From Hormiphora californensis (lineage: Eukaryota; Animalia; Ctenophora): DNA of 64,000 nucleotides. Shown here one piece after another: positions 1 through 14,341 of the stretch. Position 1 is the stretch's first letter. Every line of letters begins with the position of its first letter. The notes under the pieces were generated by a model that did no database searches, was not told where the DNA came from, and saw only the letters and a program-made list of their open reading frames with translations. The stretch lies in assembly GCA_020137815.1 (NCBI GenBank), contig CM035355.1, positions 310,001-374,000 on the forward strand, written 5' to 3'. Position numbers and translations under genes: made by a program.

Positions 1-471
1 CAGATCAATAGTAGTAATGGCAACAGAAATAAATGGGACACGTAGATGGCCCATGTTTCGATACTAATTGTTCATTGGAATGTGCCAACAACTATAGACT
101 CTGTACACTGCAGAATAATTAACTCTAATTTAGAAGCTGATATCAACTGAGAAAATAGCATTTTCTCAATGGAACAATTCCAATGACGACAGACATGGGA
201 GTTGCAACATTACAGACCATTCTATCTCTCTCTCTCTCTCTCTCTCTCCCTCTCTCCCTCTGTAAGCAGATGTTTGGCATCATGAAACACTGGGCGAGGG
301 GTGGACTGAGGACTTATAAAGGGCACTGGGCGAGACTTCCCCACCCACACATGGATGAAGATATGTAAACACGACCAACTCTTTATATATGACACATGGG
401 TGTGATGAGGTGTGATTCTAAACAATGAGGGCTATTAGAAGATTTAGATAAAAGATACAAGTTTGTTGTTC

Positions 472-696
472 TAAAGTCGGATTTTTTGAAACTGTCACCC
501 CCTGAAATAACAAAATTTGCCATATCTCCGGTTCCTGATAAGATAGAGACTTGAAATTTGGAGGTTCGGAAGAACTTAGCAAGATCTTCGTAACCTCCAA
601 ATTTCAAGTCTCTATCTCGTCAGGAACCGGTGTTATGGTCATTTACGAAGTTTGAAAGTACCCAGGGGGGTGACAGTTTCAAAAAATCCGACTTTA
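472..696. mobile_element. Palindromic MITE-like element
   Basis: TAAAGTCGGATTTTTTGAAACTGTCACCCCCTG (from 472) is inverted at ~663-696. An internal inverted pair CCGGTTCCTGA..GAGACTTGAAATTTGGAGGTT / AACCTCCAAATTTCAAGTCTC..CAGGAACCGG is also present. No coding capacity. Confidence 0.65.
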
Positions 697-998
697 CTTC
701 TTGTCGAACATCTCCCAGTAGTGCCAATCTAACCTCTTATGGTTCAATATATGAATAACATTGGTATAGTGATCACTGATTGGTCTACCCCCCTCTATAT
801 CTCTAGCTGGAACTTAGTACGTTACTGGATGACAGCTGTACACAGCTGTTAGTTGGCTGAAGTCCAATGAGCAGGACCAAATAACAAAGCTGAAGAAAAT
901 GAAGGAAACTAAAACATTTGAGAAAAAAACGACGGGGATCTGTCAAACATCATACGTTGAGTAGTGTAATTTCTACCTCCTCTTCATAGCTATAGAGT

Positions 999-1088
999 AT
1001 AGACTCTCCCCATTAGCTATACTACATCACACTGTATCGGTATCCAGTGTGATGACGTGATGTAGTATAGCCAATGGGGAGAGTCTAT
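999..1088. repeat. Short hairpin / mini-MITE
   Basis: ATAGACTCTCCCCATTAGCTATACTACATCAC is inverted as GTGATGTAGTATAGCCAATGGGGAGAGTCTAT (1 mismatch). Confidence 0.55.
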
Positions 1089-1910
1089 GTTTTGACACTT
1101 CGTTATATCCCCGATATCAGTACGTTTTCTCTATTGATGAAACTATGAACTATAGATAGCGAGGTATTATTAGACATTATATTATATATCTCTGTCAGGG
1201 ACCTTGGACAGATTTAACGAATCGCAACATAAAGCTAAGGCAAGGAATTATTAAAGGGGCGGTGGCATGGTTTCAAAAACAGATGCCCACAAAATCTAAC
1301 CTCGACACCATTACATTGCGTTTAGAATGTGGTTATGTCAAATGCACCAATCAGTCATAACTAAACATCTGTCTCTCTGACCCCCCTCTCTCTGTCTCTC
1401 TCTCTCTCTACTCTCTGGCGACCCAGCTGATGACAAATACCGCAGTTTATTTAGACCTTGTGCATTTTTTCTCCATTCCTTCTTTCATCCCAGCAAGCAA
1501 CGTGTTCTCTCCCTCTCCCCTCTCTCCCCCACCCTCTCTCCAACTCACTCTCCCCAACTCGCTCTAAATTACCTGACAAGGGTGCTGCTAAACCAGGATG
1601 CCTTCGTGTCCTTCAGCTTGATCGATGTTCGTGACATTGACGTTGATGAGTAAACTGTAAACCAATAAAATCAATCACCACTGCTGCTTTAGAATATCCG
1701 ATTGATTGCGGAGGCAGAAAGAGGAGCTCGTCGGTTGTTTGCGGAGGTAATAAGAGGAGCTCGTTTTTGTGATGCAGTGAAGCTCAAACAGTTGACACTA
1801 GAAAGGAGGCAAGTGCTCTTATTCCAAGGCAAAGTCCATTAATGTACACAGCTGCACCGGGCCAGAGAGTATAGTAAAGTTACACTTAGGAAGATGGTGC
1901 AGAAAAAGAA

Positions 1911-1992
<82 letters not shown>
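1911..1992. repeat. (AG)n microsatellite, representative of many
   Basis: Pure AG dinucleotide run. Similar tracts at ~14180-14340, 16800, 19610-19760, 25340-25410, 48075-48310, 49590-49760, 50440-50520, 54860-54965 and 56960-57118. Confidence 0.95.
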
Positions 1993-1995
<3 letters not shown>

Positions 1996-2810
1996 AAGGG
2001 AGAGAGACTAAGGGAGGGAGAAACAGAGTGTTGGAGAGAATGAAAGAAAGGAATTTTGTTCAAGACTGGATGAAGAGAAATGAAAGTTTAGGCAACGCTT
2101 TTCAAAGTTGTCAACCATACGAACCATATCAACTTACCAAATTTGGACAGCAGTAAAAGTTAGCTCGACAACAAGAAACTAATATATAAATAGTAGTAAG
2201 CAAAAATATTTAAGTCCTTTGATAGAGAGAGTAGGAAAGAAGAAGGAGAGATAGGGATTAAAATAGAAAAGGAGGGACAGGGGCTAAATAGAGAGATAGG
2301 GAAAGAAGACCACCCATAGAGTCGTATCGAGTATGATCCGGGATCTACATGAAGACGAGTTCTAATGAAGAGATTGAAACTAAAAAAGTGTCACCATGTT
2401 CTTATAAAACCACCACGTCACGTTGAGACTGAGAGAAACGAAGTTCAAGGATCCAATTCCATGGGATATCGATAGGAGACTATCACGATCACATTCCTTG
2501 AATCTACTCCTCTATAATTGGATTTCAAGAGAGGGAGGGAGGCTAGCATAAATCAAATATGTTACATGGGGAAGTTGTTACCTAGTAGTAGTTGTAGTAG
2601 TAAAACTATTCCTACCTCTAGTTATCTGGTTATACAATCACAAATCACACATTTCAGTTTTCTGTTTTAGAAAATACATTTGCAATTTGTACGTGTACAA
2701 TGTACATATTGTGTGAAAATCAACCTGACTTCAAAAGTCAGTGACTTTTTCTCCCACTCTACTCCAACCCCCGTTTTATAAAACTAACAGCAATAATGAG
2801 TAGGTACATA

Positions 2811-3418
2811 CTAGATCCAAAAACCAAACAAGTTTGGTGGATAGCCGGGGCCGCAGAAATTTAAAAACGTGCGAAAGTTTTGATACATGAACTTTCGGGG
2901 CCTGGGGTGCTGTTAAATTCGCGTTTCCACGATTATAACCAATAACATTTTCAAACTATACGCCAGGAAAACTAGTGCAATGATCAAATCATTAATTTAT
3001 TCCACATTATCATAAATACAGATCCACACATGTCACATATATTTACTGTGCACAGTGTGTCGTTTCAGAGTCTGTTTAACAGAATAATATTAATATGATA
3101 ATAATAGTGTGTTTTGAAAGAACCGCTGACTATCATGGAAACGCGAATTTAACAGCACCCCAGGCCCCGAAAGTTCATGTATCAAAACTGTGCACAGTGT
3201 GTCTGTGCACTGTGCACAGTGTGTCGTTTCAGAGTCTGTTTAACAGAATAATATTAATATGATAATAATAGTGTGTTTTGAAAGAACCGCTGACTATCAT
3301 GGAAACGCGAATTTAACAGCACCCCAGGCCCCGAAAGTTCATGTATCAAAACTTTCGCATGTTTTTAAATTTCTGCGGCCCCGGCTATCCACCAAACTTG
3401 TTTGGTTTTTGGATCTAG
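2811..3418. mobile_element. MITE with ~120 bp TIRs, TA flanks and an internal direct duplication
   Basis: CTAGATCCAAAAACCAAACAAGTTTGGTGGATAGCCGGGGCCGC... is inverted at ~3300-3418, with TA on both sides. ~3047-3190 is repeated directly at ~3210-3353. Confidence 0.75.
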
Positions 3419-3730
3419 TATCAGGCATTTTGTTATACTATGACATGCATTTTGTAATAATAAGTACTAACTTAATTTAATAAACGCGGATTGAGGATTC
3501 ACAGACTTTTTAAATCGTAGGTACTAGGTAGCCTCATAATCATCGCAGATATCCATCCATATCTCGGAGTCGGATATCAATCGCAAATAACTAATATGAT
3601 AGTAATCGCAGACAACCAATCGCGGATAACTTATCAGTTATCACGAATCCGTTATAAGTTATCGCGATTAGTTATCGCGATTAGCTATTACGATTAGCTA
3701 TTGCGATTAACTATCCGCGATTGGTTACTA

Positions 3731-3899
3731 CAGTCGGACCCCGATTTAGTGGCAACCTCGGGGGAAAAAATCCTGCCACTAAATCGGGGTGCCACTAAAT
3801 CGGGGTCAAATAATGTTAATTTCCTATATCGGGGGAAAAAATCCTGCCACTAAATCGGGGTGCCACTAAATCGGGGGCCACTAAATCGGGGTCCGACTG
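3731..3899. mobile_element. Tc1/mariner(pogo)-type MITE
   Basis: TA|CAGTCGGACCCCGATTTAGTGG ... CCACTAAATCGGGGTCCGACTG|TA, with internal GCCACTAAATCGGGG repeats. Inserted into a TTATCGCGATTAG low-complexity array (~3540-3990). Confidence 0.8.
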
Positions 3900-4039
3900 T
3901 ATTATATTTAATATTACTTGTTTCGCGACAAGTTATCGTGGTTAGTTATCCGCAATTGGTTCTCCGCGATTGGTTCCCCGTGATTATTCTATGATTTTGA
4001 TTATTAGTCACGGTATAATGATCACGGATAAGCATTAAT

Positions 4040-5126
4040 AATCAGATATATCTGATAAAATCAGGTTCTAGATGCTAATTCGCTCTTTTCTCGGTGGTTT
4101 TTAAAATCGTCTTATATTTAAGACAGTCATACCTCTAGATATGACCACCAATTATAACTGAAAATGCGGCAGTAAACCTAATTTTATAAAATTAATCTGA
4201 TTCAATGTTAATTCAGACTCTGAATCGCTTCTTTCTAGGTGTTTTATAAATCGTCTTAAATTTAAGACAGTCATAAATCTAGATATGACTACCAATTATA
4301 CCTGAAAATAAAGCAGTTGACCTACGTTGGCAAAATATATATGATAAAATCATGATTTATAGTTTAATTTGCTCTTTTCTGGTTTTTTTGAAAATCGTCT
4401 TAAATCTTAATACAGTCAGATGCCCGTAACTGAAGAACCGTAACTCGGATTTGCTTGAAATTTTGAACGTATGTTCAAGATGTCAAGGCAACACCACGTA
4501 CCAAGCGGCGTATTCGTAAAACGGCGGGAATGCCGTCTTAAGTGCCAAACAAAACTTAAGACAGTCATAACTTTTGTTATGACGGTCCGTTTTCTCTGTC
4601 CAAGCTTTAATACAAGGTACACCACTACACCTAACGACTCCCAAAGTTTCATGGCGATAGCATTAAAACTGTGGCCTCCATCGTGTACGCAAAAAAGTCG
4701 TTACTTTACGGTGGTTCGTCACGCTAAAAACGGACATTTTGTCTAAAATACGACCATCTGTAGCGCAAAAACCGTAACTCCGATTTGCATGAAATTTTGA
4801 ACGTGTGCTCTAGGTGTCAAGGCAACACGAACTACCAAACGGCAAGTTCGTAGGACAACGGGAAGGTTGTCTAAAACAAAGTTGAAATTGCCGATTTCAG
4901 ACAATAAGTATAGTAGCGCTGTCAAAATTTTCAAAAATTTTCAAAAAATTCAAAAAATTTTTTTTTCGCAATTTCGATTTTCCATTCACTGGAAGCAAGA
5001 ATGCTTGGAAAATGGACATTTTTAGGGGAAGGATGGTTGGGGGAAGGGAGGATTGGGCCCCGGGCGCTTGCCAGCGCTATGATTAAAGTTTAACTAAGTC
5101 CTAATAGGACTTAGTTAAACTATAAT
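4040..5126 (+). mobile_element. Non-autonomous Helitron/Helentron-like element with internal ~140 bp tandem repeats
   Basis: Three to four diverged copies of CGTCTTAAATTTAAGACAGTCATA-containing units. 3' stem-loop GTTTAACTAAGTCCT-AAT-AGGACTTAGTTAAAC followed by TATAAT. 5' boundary is approximate and the superfamily is inferred. Confidence 0.45.
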
Positions 5127-8100
5127 ATGTTATCCTATGTTATCACTTGTAAAACTACAAGGCTGGTGGTGACTTATAGAGGGTGTGTTGAATGTGAAAA
5201 TGATAGAGTTGATCGTGTTTACATTGCAAAAAGAAGAGTAATCCTCCTAAACAGTGACCAGATAAATGAAACTTTCATTTCTCTCTCTACCACAGCGCCA
5301 GTACTCCTCGTGATCAGTAACATGACACGTGCCCAAAACAAACTCAACCAACGGTTTCCCATGGCTAATTTGGGATCTCCTTTGAATGGGAGAACAATAA
5401 TCAACAAAAGAAAAGGTTATCAAAAAACTATGGGAGTAAAAAACGTGTCCTCGTTGAGTGGTTGAGAAGATGGGTATCACATTTTTAATAAGGTGGTAAC
5501 AAACTATAAACTAAGTATAAGTCACCCAAGGTGGCTGAATTCTCAACGACCAGACGGCTGGTAAACCTGCTTCAACGGACAGCACAATTTTAATATCCAC
5601 ATTTAACTTCCTCACAACTGCTCTCTAGCGTGGGTTGGGAGCGAATATGATATAGCAAATCAAATCACTGTGAAATAATATTTGTGATGATGCTGGGAAG
5701 AGAGTAGAGAATGATCGAGACTGGGGGTGCACAAAACAAGTTCAGAAACTTATATCAAAATTAATTGCATGACTGCAGGTATATAATGGTTGGAGACATG
5801 TCAATTGTAATGGTTGTAGAATGACAGGGTATAGCTTCTTGAATTGTCCTAGGTTACTCGCAATATGACAATATACCAAACCTTGTGTACATTACAGTGA
5901 TGTAGCAATCAAGAAAATGAACAAGAGAGATTGCTCAACATTGAACCGGTTTCAGACTACAGTGTGTAAAAAGACAAAATGAAAATCTCCGGCTGCAGCT
6001 TTCTATATAGTGAAGGGAAACTCGTCGATGAAAGGTCTTATTATCGCGTCCAACGTAGGAAGCAGAAGGTCCTATTAAAGAATAGTGAGTCTGGCGGTGT
6101 TTGGAACTTGTAAAGCACATCATGGTTTCCTCCTCTTTCCTACCTCTAGTCCACATGATGACGTGAAGGAACTAAATAAGAACAAATTAACTCTTCCCAG
6201 TTACAAACACATTAGCGCTCTGCTTAACAGTCCTGTCGTGACTTATTGAAGACCCCTCTCTAAACAAGTCGTTTTTTGAACTGTTTGCATGAATTTGTAG
6301 TAAATAGTTGTATACAGATACCCACAATAAATTAACATACTTACACGAGAGGTGGGTGGGTGTTTTACTTACACGAGCTCAAGAGGTGGGTGGGTGTTGC
6401 GTCGTTGGCCCGTCCTCCGTACCATAACAACTTTTGGTAGCTTTGGTATGTACATACTTGACATGGTCTCTACAGAGACAATCAACAAATAAAATCATTT
6501 AAAGGAATAATCAATTATAATAGTTTCAAAACAATAACAAAGCAAAAGCCAAAGATAGTTAAAATGTGAACCTAATTCTAAGACTGCCAAATGCAGTCAA
6601 TTGTCAAACTCAAAGGCCCAGATGCTATCATTATCCAGTATAACAAATGGCGGGGCCCATCCTAGGATTTCCCAGTTCAATGTACAAATGGTTTGTTGAG
6701 TAACAAATGGGCAGGGATTATTTCATTTGTACACCCTTCATGGGCTACTGAACCTGTCATAACGATGGCAAATAGTAACTACAGCTGTTACAATACACAT
6801 AATAGAGAGATACAGCTAGTCGACAAAATTGTAAGTGTTGACACGTGCCTACGATTATCATATAACGCATGGGTAATTCTTTAATCAGAATGGGTAATTC
6901 TTTAATCAGAATAGACCCAGAACTATGATTTATTCACCAGAAATAATGACCAAACACTTGTATTGAGTACGTGGAAAAGGGTGAAGAGAAAATTAACTGG
7001 AAACTCGAAAGTGCAATTTATTATAAGAGCAAACAGAGAATTGGGAGAAGAGAGAAAGGGGGACACCCTGTCACCCTACCCAAAACCCCAAACGCTTGGT
7101 CTGGATTATAGTGACTACCGTAACAATTTAAAACACCAATACTTGCAGGTCGCAAGATAACAAAAGCGGTATTCGTAGGGAGAAGTGATTTGGTGGTTTA
7201 CCAAACCACCTAACTACTATTCTAACAGGCAGCTGTTTCAGTGGAAAATATAACGAGTACAATCCAGCAGTAACAAATCAGATAACTACTGACAGCTGCA
7301 ATGTATTGTTAGAAATGTCTTTGTATGGATCGCTCTCCTCCTGTTATAATGATCCCCAGTCCCTGGTGACAGACGTCCATCTGGCGGATAGTACCAAGAA
7401 TAAGTGTATGTACAGAAATAAAATGACATTTGATAGATCTGGAGACGAGGTATAGGCCCAGTTGTTATACTATGTAATGTTTTACGAGCGAGAAATGGTT
7501 AGGGAAGTTAACAAAGAGGCCCAAATACTCACACCGGCCATATATATTTTCAATACAATCCAAGTAGTAGGCTGGATCAGAAGGATGGAGTGCCAGGTAC
7601 ATGCAGCTGGGAGCTAAAACCACGTGAGATGTGGAACAAAGAGTCTGCAATTAATATATGAACTTCAGACAGCTGCTGGAAAAGAGGCATGTTCATGAAT
7701 ATAACGCCTGACAATGGGGTTTACACAGGAAGAGAGCCGCATTTCTTTTGATAAAATACCAAGCACTTGTGATCTTTTGTCTTGCTAGCCAGGTCTGAAT
7801 TTGCTGTTTTTTAGTTAACCAATAAGCTCAATATAACATATATTCTTGACCAAAGGACCCTATTCAACTGCACAAGACCACAACACCATGTGTATGTGAA
7901 AGCCTTTCTCTGGAGCTGAATTATAGCTTGCTTTTGACTTTTGAGGGGCCCGGTGTGGGTGCTCTTCTCACAAAAACATCAAGCAGGAGACTAGCAATTA
8001 TCCTGGTGCGAGATTCAACAAAGGACGTGTGATTCATAATTCAAGAGCGGATGCTTTGAGCTAGAATCAAGATCATCTATTATCTATTACAGAGGCAAGA

Positions 8101-8747
8101 TGAGTTCTGGAGTCTACGAGTTCATGGAAACGAATCGGCTAAGGGTTTGAGTAAAGATTTTGGATCAAATGCATAGAGCGAGAAGGGCGGAATAGAGAGG
8201 GAACAGATCAGGGAACAGAGAGGGAACAAGGAGAGCGACGGGTGAGGGATAGTGGAGAGGGTAGCAGTGGAGAGGGTAGAAGTTCTGTGTAAATAGAGTG
8301 ATAAGGAGGGTACATCACTACATCTCCAACGAATGTTACCATAGAGGGAGGGTGTCAGTGTGATTGTAACATCCCAGCTGTTAACGTAACCTCTCAAAGC
8401 AGCATTCTAAGCCATTTAGGCTGAAAAAGGTCAAAGAATTTAGTGAGTAAGTGACTCATAGTAACACCAAAAGCAACCCAAATGTTCGGTCCCAACCCTT
8501 TTTCTATTTTTCTATTTGGTTTCTTGGAAAAGATCTAGAATAGGACGAAAATCATGATATTTACCCGCGTAACGCTTCAAAAAGGCCATACTACGTCACA
8601 TATTGCTTCACTCAGTGTGTCATTCATCCCACCCATTACCTATCTTACTTTCTAGTGACGGCTGCTGAACTGGAATTTGGAAAGACCATACGGCTTGCAG
8701 TAGAGTCACGTGCAAATAATCCCGTCCAGCCATGCTTTATGGTAAAG

Positions 8748-9577
8748 GGGGGGGGGCCGGCTGAAGTTTTTGAAGTTTTTGAAGTCAACTTCAAAAACTT
8801 CAAAGAGAAACTTAGGGTGGAAAACTTCAAAAACTTCAAAAACTTCAAAAACTCATATCTCCTAAACCGTTGGAGATAGGCCCTATGTTGCTTCATAACT
8901 CTTATATAAACTTGCATATTCCGAACAAGATGCACCCCTTTAAAAAGCCTATAGTCACTCATAAACCATTAAAACTGGTCTAGCCCAAAAAAAAGTCATG
9001 CGCACACACAAAATTATGAAAATATCCCATTATCCCTCGAATTAGATGAGGTGGAGACTTCATTTTGGCACGTACCCCCACTAACTCGAGGCCGCTGATG
9101 ATTTTGGTGACCATATTTTTTTCACTACTCCCTTCATAAAAAATTTGCATTTTGTGAAACTGGCAAAAAGGGTGTGGCCCCAAAAAAAATTTTGAAAATT
9201 TACTTCATAATTTTTAAACAATTTCTTAGCATTTTCTAGGCAATATTTTGAGTTATAGAATGAAAATAAAATCTGTTTTTACAAAAAATTTAAATTTTTT
9301 ACACCAATTTGTGTCATGGATTTCATGGTTAGGAATCATTGTAAATATCCTAATTTGTGGTAGAAAAAGTGCAGACAAGTACGGATAACTTTGCCACAAT
9401 ATGTGTTAAGCATGAAACTAACCTAGACAAGTGTAATAATAGTCACTGATAGCATAAAAAAGTAGTTTAGAGTTTTTGAAGTTTTTGAAGTTTTTGAAGT
9501 CAACTTCAAAAACTTCAAAAACTCAAAAAGTAGGGTGGAAAACTTCAAACTTCAAAAACTTCAGCCGGCCCCCCCCC
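8748..9577. mobile_element. MITE with poly-G/poly-C termini and 8-bp TSD
   Basis: TSD TGGTAAAG (8740-8747 and 9578-9585). TIR GGGGGGGGGCCGGCTGAAGTTTTTGAAG. Subterminal TTCAAAAAC/GTTTTTGAA repeats. Confidence 0.8.
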
Positions 9578-11338
9578 TGGTAAAGTACCCGTCTCTTGCA
9601 TGTCTACAAAGAAAGGGTTCTGACGTTCAATTAGCGAATATGGTAGACAATAGACATATCCAATATCCATATTTTATGTGGCTGGGAGAAGGAGATAAGT
9701 TATTCATGATTGAATAAATAAACAACTGATCTGCTAGACAATGACCCATTGACCTAGGTACAGCATCAAGCAAACAAGGGCCCCGGGGTTTACCAGTCAC
9801 TAAAGGGCAGGAGAGGAGAAAGGAAAGGAGGGGGAGAGAAAAGAGAGAGCAAAGGAGAGGGGAGAGAGGGGGAAAGGGGAGGAGAAAAGGAGAGAAGAAG
9901 AAAGGGGGGGAAAAGGGGGGGGGAAAAAAGGGGGGGGAAAAAATTTAAAAGGGGAAAAAAAAAAAATTTTTAATAGGCTTGTTTTTTTTGTTTTTCCCCC
10001 CTTTTTTGGGTGTTTGTTAATTTTTTTCCCTTTAGATAGAGTAGATAGATGGGGCCTTTCCTACTACAAAACTAGAACACAGTTTTCCCTTTCATTTAAA
10101 AATAAGCCAATAACCATTATTAAAAAATTGGGTTTTGGGTAACTCAGAACTTTCGAGAAAAAAAATTTAGTAAAAATTCCCTTTGATAAAACCCTCCCTT
10201 TTTTTTGGGGGGGCCCCCCCAAAAAAGGTTTTTAAAAAAACCCCCCTTTTTTCCCCCCCCTTTTTTTCCCCCCTTTTCCCCCCCTTCTCATTCTTTCTCT
10301 TCTCTCCTGGGAATTTTTTTTAATTCTCTCTCTTTTCCTCTCTCTCCCCTCTCTCTCTCTCCCCTTTTCCTGAATAAAAGGGGTTTTAAAACAGAACAAG
10401 TATAACCAGTAGGTAACCACGGTTACAGATTGACTACACTCATTGTACTCTCTCTCATTGTGCTCATGTGGTAAAATCGCATTGTAACAAAATTTAACAA
10501 TGCCAAGTGTTCTCTTTCAATCTTACTCTCCTAGCTCAGTCTCATTAAATTCTCACTGAGAATCTCAGGGTGGAAATAGAAAAGCGATTAAATGCAAACC
10601 TGTCGTTAAACCCGTATAGAGAAAATGCTAAACATATTGTCATAAAAACAGAGAGAAAATCGAGGGGATAGATAAAGAGAGAGTGAGAGAAAGGAAAATA
10701 GGGAGATAGACGAAGTAAGAGAAAGTAAAAGATAGATAAATTATTATCATTGTTATGTTCTAAACCTACATAAGTTGTAAAGTGCACGGAAAGAGGGTCG
10801 AGCAAGGCAAATAAAGTGAGGCCGGGCAAGGGAGGTATAAAATGTCCTACAATGGAACTCCGCATGAAGTGTCTAAACAAATTGTCCACTTACAACTCGG
10901 GGCCCAATTCATAGAAATACACACACACTGCCCCGACACATATGACGAACACACAAACTTGGCGACTCTGTAGATCAGATAGAGGTTCTATGTTGCAACA
11001 GAGAGTGAATCTATATTGAGTAAAATTAAAATCCATTATCGGTGTGTTGTTGCACTCTACTGTGAAAAAGCATTAAGCAAGTTGGCATGCACAAGTGACG
11101 TACTTTATGACGTAATAGCTGTAGCAGTAAGTGTATTCTGGATTAGGGAACATGGTTCTCATGACAACGAGTGACTATGTAACAGGCAGGTATATTTCAG
11201 ATTCTAACCCATGGGTTTTGTCGGTGTTAACTTTTCAAGCAGTGTGATTACTAGTTCTAAATGGATATCAGCACTGACCACAATCTACATGCTAAACTCT
11301 AAAGAGAAGTTCAAATTGAAAAAGATCTGGAACGCAGA

Positions 11339-11407
11339 AAACTAGATTGTCCTGTTAAATCCCTCTCACAATCATTGAGAGAGGGATTTAACAGGACAAT
11401 CTAGTTT
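11339..11407. repeat. Perfect 29-bp stem-loop
   Basis: AAACTAGATTGTCCTGTTAAATCCCTCTC / GAGAGGGATTTAACAGGACAATCTAGTTT around an 11-nt loop. Confidence 0.8.
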
Positions 11408-11821
11408 ATGAGGAGTGTTAGAACATTTGACACCAACAGTCTGCAAGATCATCTTGGTTTTTATCAAAATTTAAATTTATATTATATTTCACACCTCCCC
11501 CCACCCCCCAAATCCAACCGAAATTAGCAGATGACAGATCTTTACTCAGACCATTCAAATCAAATCCCATTCCCAGTTTGATTCTGCTTGGGATCAGGGC
11601 GTCCCTCACATTGAGATTGCTACCCACCCAATGAAACTCACTCGTCACATGGAGTCACAGCTATAAGGGGCGGTAGTCGGGCGAAATTCTCCTGATTCTT
11701 GTTACCGGGATCACTCTCACTTCGGGATAGTTTTCCGCGTTTTCTCAACTGAAATAGTGGAGAGGAGTTAGATAGAGATTGGGGAATAGAATGTCCGTGT
11801 ATGTATTCTTGTTCTGTATGT

Positions 11822-11823
<2 letters not shown>

Positions 11824-11884
<61 letters not shown>
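11824..11884. repeat. (TG)n microsatellite
   Basis: Pure TG run. Confidence 0.95.
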
Positions 11885-11886
<2 letters not shown>

Positions 11887-12701
11887 TGCAACGTCCATTA
11901 TCACGTCTGACGAGATCTGCACGTGCGGCTGCAGAAGCTGAAGAGGAGGGACCCGCGGTTTTTGTGCGCGCCGCGCGCGAGTTAACACGGTGCACTGTGA
12001 CAACTCATTCTTTTCTCTCTTGAAATGTCCCGCGCCCTACAAAGATGCCAGAGACGATGAATTGGCGCCATGCCGCGAATTTTCTCGGCACATTGATATA
12101 TCACACAGGTACAGATCCCAGACACACACACACACGCTCTTTGGGAGACTCAATATCATTTCCTAGTGAGGAGGAAGAAAAGAAATGTTTCCCATTATTC
12201 ACACAGCATCCTGGATCCCCGCCCTGATATATGTAACAATAGAACAATGCAGCCCGGGAGTGTCATGATCATTGGGGAATATGGTTACTGGCAGGTCATT
12301 ACCCTCTAGATGATCAACTCCCAGTGTGTGTGTGTGTGTGTGTGTATAACAGTGGGTGCTCTTAATTTGTAAGGACTGAGCAGTCCCCTCCCAGTCGCTA
12401 TACTGCCTGACAAAGCGAAGGAGAAAAGACGCGTGTATGAAGATTCGAGGACCGAGGTTCTACAGAAAATACATATCATTATGTTTCTTAATTCACTAGA
12501 AGAGTCTGTATTTTGTGACGTCATGAGACCTCTAATTGTACTTTAAACGGTGGACTCATTTAGTCATTAAATTTTTGAAAGCATTACCAATCATGCTAGT
12601 CTAGCATTGTTAGACACAACCTTCTTTCATGATCTGTTTTGTAGTAATCAGTAATTTTATGTATTGAAAAACCACCAGTTCCTTCCTATAACAGCTCTGA
12701 T

Positions 12702-13716
12702 TAGACCAGTCATATGATGTCGGTTTTGGACCGAAAAAAAACATATTTGATCTAAATGTGATTCCACTTCTAGGGCACTCCAATAGGTCCCTAGAACCAC
12801 CAAAAAAAATTGTCACTCTTTATCAAATGAATAAATGTGGTTTTTGGGCCACGCCCTTATACCTGTATTTTCAGTCATGTGGTCAAAACTGAAAACCATC
12901 TTAGGAGACGAGTAGAGAAGAAATCAAGGGCACTAAAGTGTGTAGCGTCCTCGCATTAGTGGGGGTAGGTGCCAGAATTAAGTCTCTATCTCATCTGGTT
13001 AATTAGATAATTGGATAATTAGGTATGCGCATAACCGTTTTTTGGCTATATGGCTATAGCCACTTATAAATGGTTTAGAGACTTTTCACTGGTGCCATTT
13101 TGTAGGCAATGGCCAAGTTATGGGGGGTCGACGTCGGACTTTTAAGCTCTATCTTCAACCGTTTAGCCGTTATTTGGTTTTTAAGGTGCTGAAAATGAGC
13201 AAAAAACGGGGAAAAGCCCGATTTTTACTCATTTTCAGCACCTTTGAATCGAAATAACGGCTAAACGGTTGGAGATAGAGCTTAAAAGTCCGACGTCGAC
13301 CCCCCATAACTTGACCATTGCCTACAAAATGGCACCAATGAAAAGTCTCTAAACCATTTATAAGTGGCTATAGCCATATAGCCAAAAAACGGTTATGCGC
13401 ATACCTAATTATCCAATTATCTAATTAACCAGATGAGATAGAGACTTAATTCCGGCACCTACCCCCACTAATGCGAGGACGCTACACACTTTAGTGCCCT
13501 TGATTTCTTCTCTACTCGTTTTCCTAAGACGGTTTTCAGTTTTGACCACATGACTGAAAATACAGGTATAAGGGCGTGGCCCAAAAACCACATTTATTCA
13601 TTTGATGAAGAGTGACAAATTTTTTTGGTGGTTCTAGGGACCTATTGGAGTGCCCTAGAAGTGGAATCACATTTAGATCAATTATGTTCCCTATCATGCA
13701 TCATATGACTGGTCTA
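12702..13716. mobile_element. ~1 kb foldback palindrome (MITE-like)
   Basis: Arms of ~500 bp are near-perfect reverse complements about a centre near 13212. Outer ends TAGACCAGTCATATGATG / CATCATATGACTGGTCTA, with one interrupted segment near the ends. Confidence 0.8.
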
Positions 13717-14179
13717 GATCTCATTCTTTTACCCAGAATTCTGAAACCATCTTTTTCTCTATTCGTTCGAATAGTATGACTCCTTAGCACGAGTAGGACA
13801 TCTTCACTTTTCATGGTGACAAAATGAAGAAGTCCAGTAGTAATAATTGCGTTCCTTATAGTTCCGAGATTATTAGCGGTTGTTAATCTGTCACTCCATT
13901 TACAAGATTACGGAATATTCAAGCGGTTTTCAAATCCTGGCAGGAATGTTATCGGTCAGAGAACTGTTCTTGAACCTCTGCATCTCGAGTAACATGCTCT
14001 ATAGTCTTGACCATTATAATATGACCTTTATTTCCACTCCTAGAAGTACTCCTAGAAGTACTACTTCGACTGCTATGGCAAACCCTCCTTTCACCACCCT
14101 GATCTCACTTGATGTGATTATTTTGATTACACACTTGCGTCTGCGGTTCGCGGAGAAAGAGATGGTGTGTGGTGAGAGG

Positions 14180-14274
<95 letters not shown>

Positions 14275-14277
14275 GAG

Positions 14278-14341
<64 letters not shown>

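Noticed and set aside
597-630. Minus-strand CTGACGA...GAAA as another hammerhead
   Set aside because: No stem II or III pairing and no UH cleavage triplet; it is part of the MITE internal motif.
822-6464. Possible minus-strand gene with exon-like segments at 6464-6373 (MSSMYIPKLPKVVMVRR..), 1654-1573 and ~888-822
   Set aside because: Splice signals are plausible, but the phases do not join into one open frame without assuming errors, and there is no recognisable homology.
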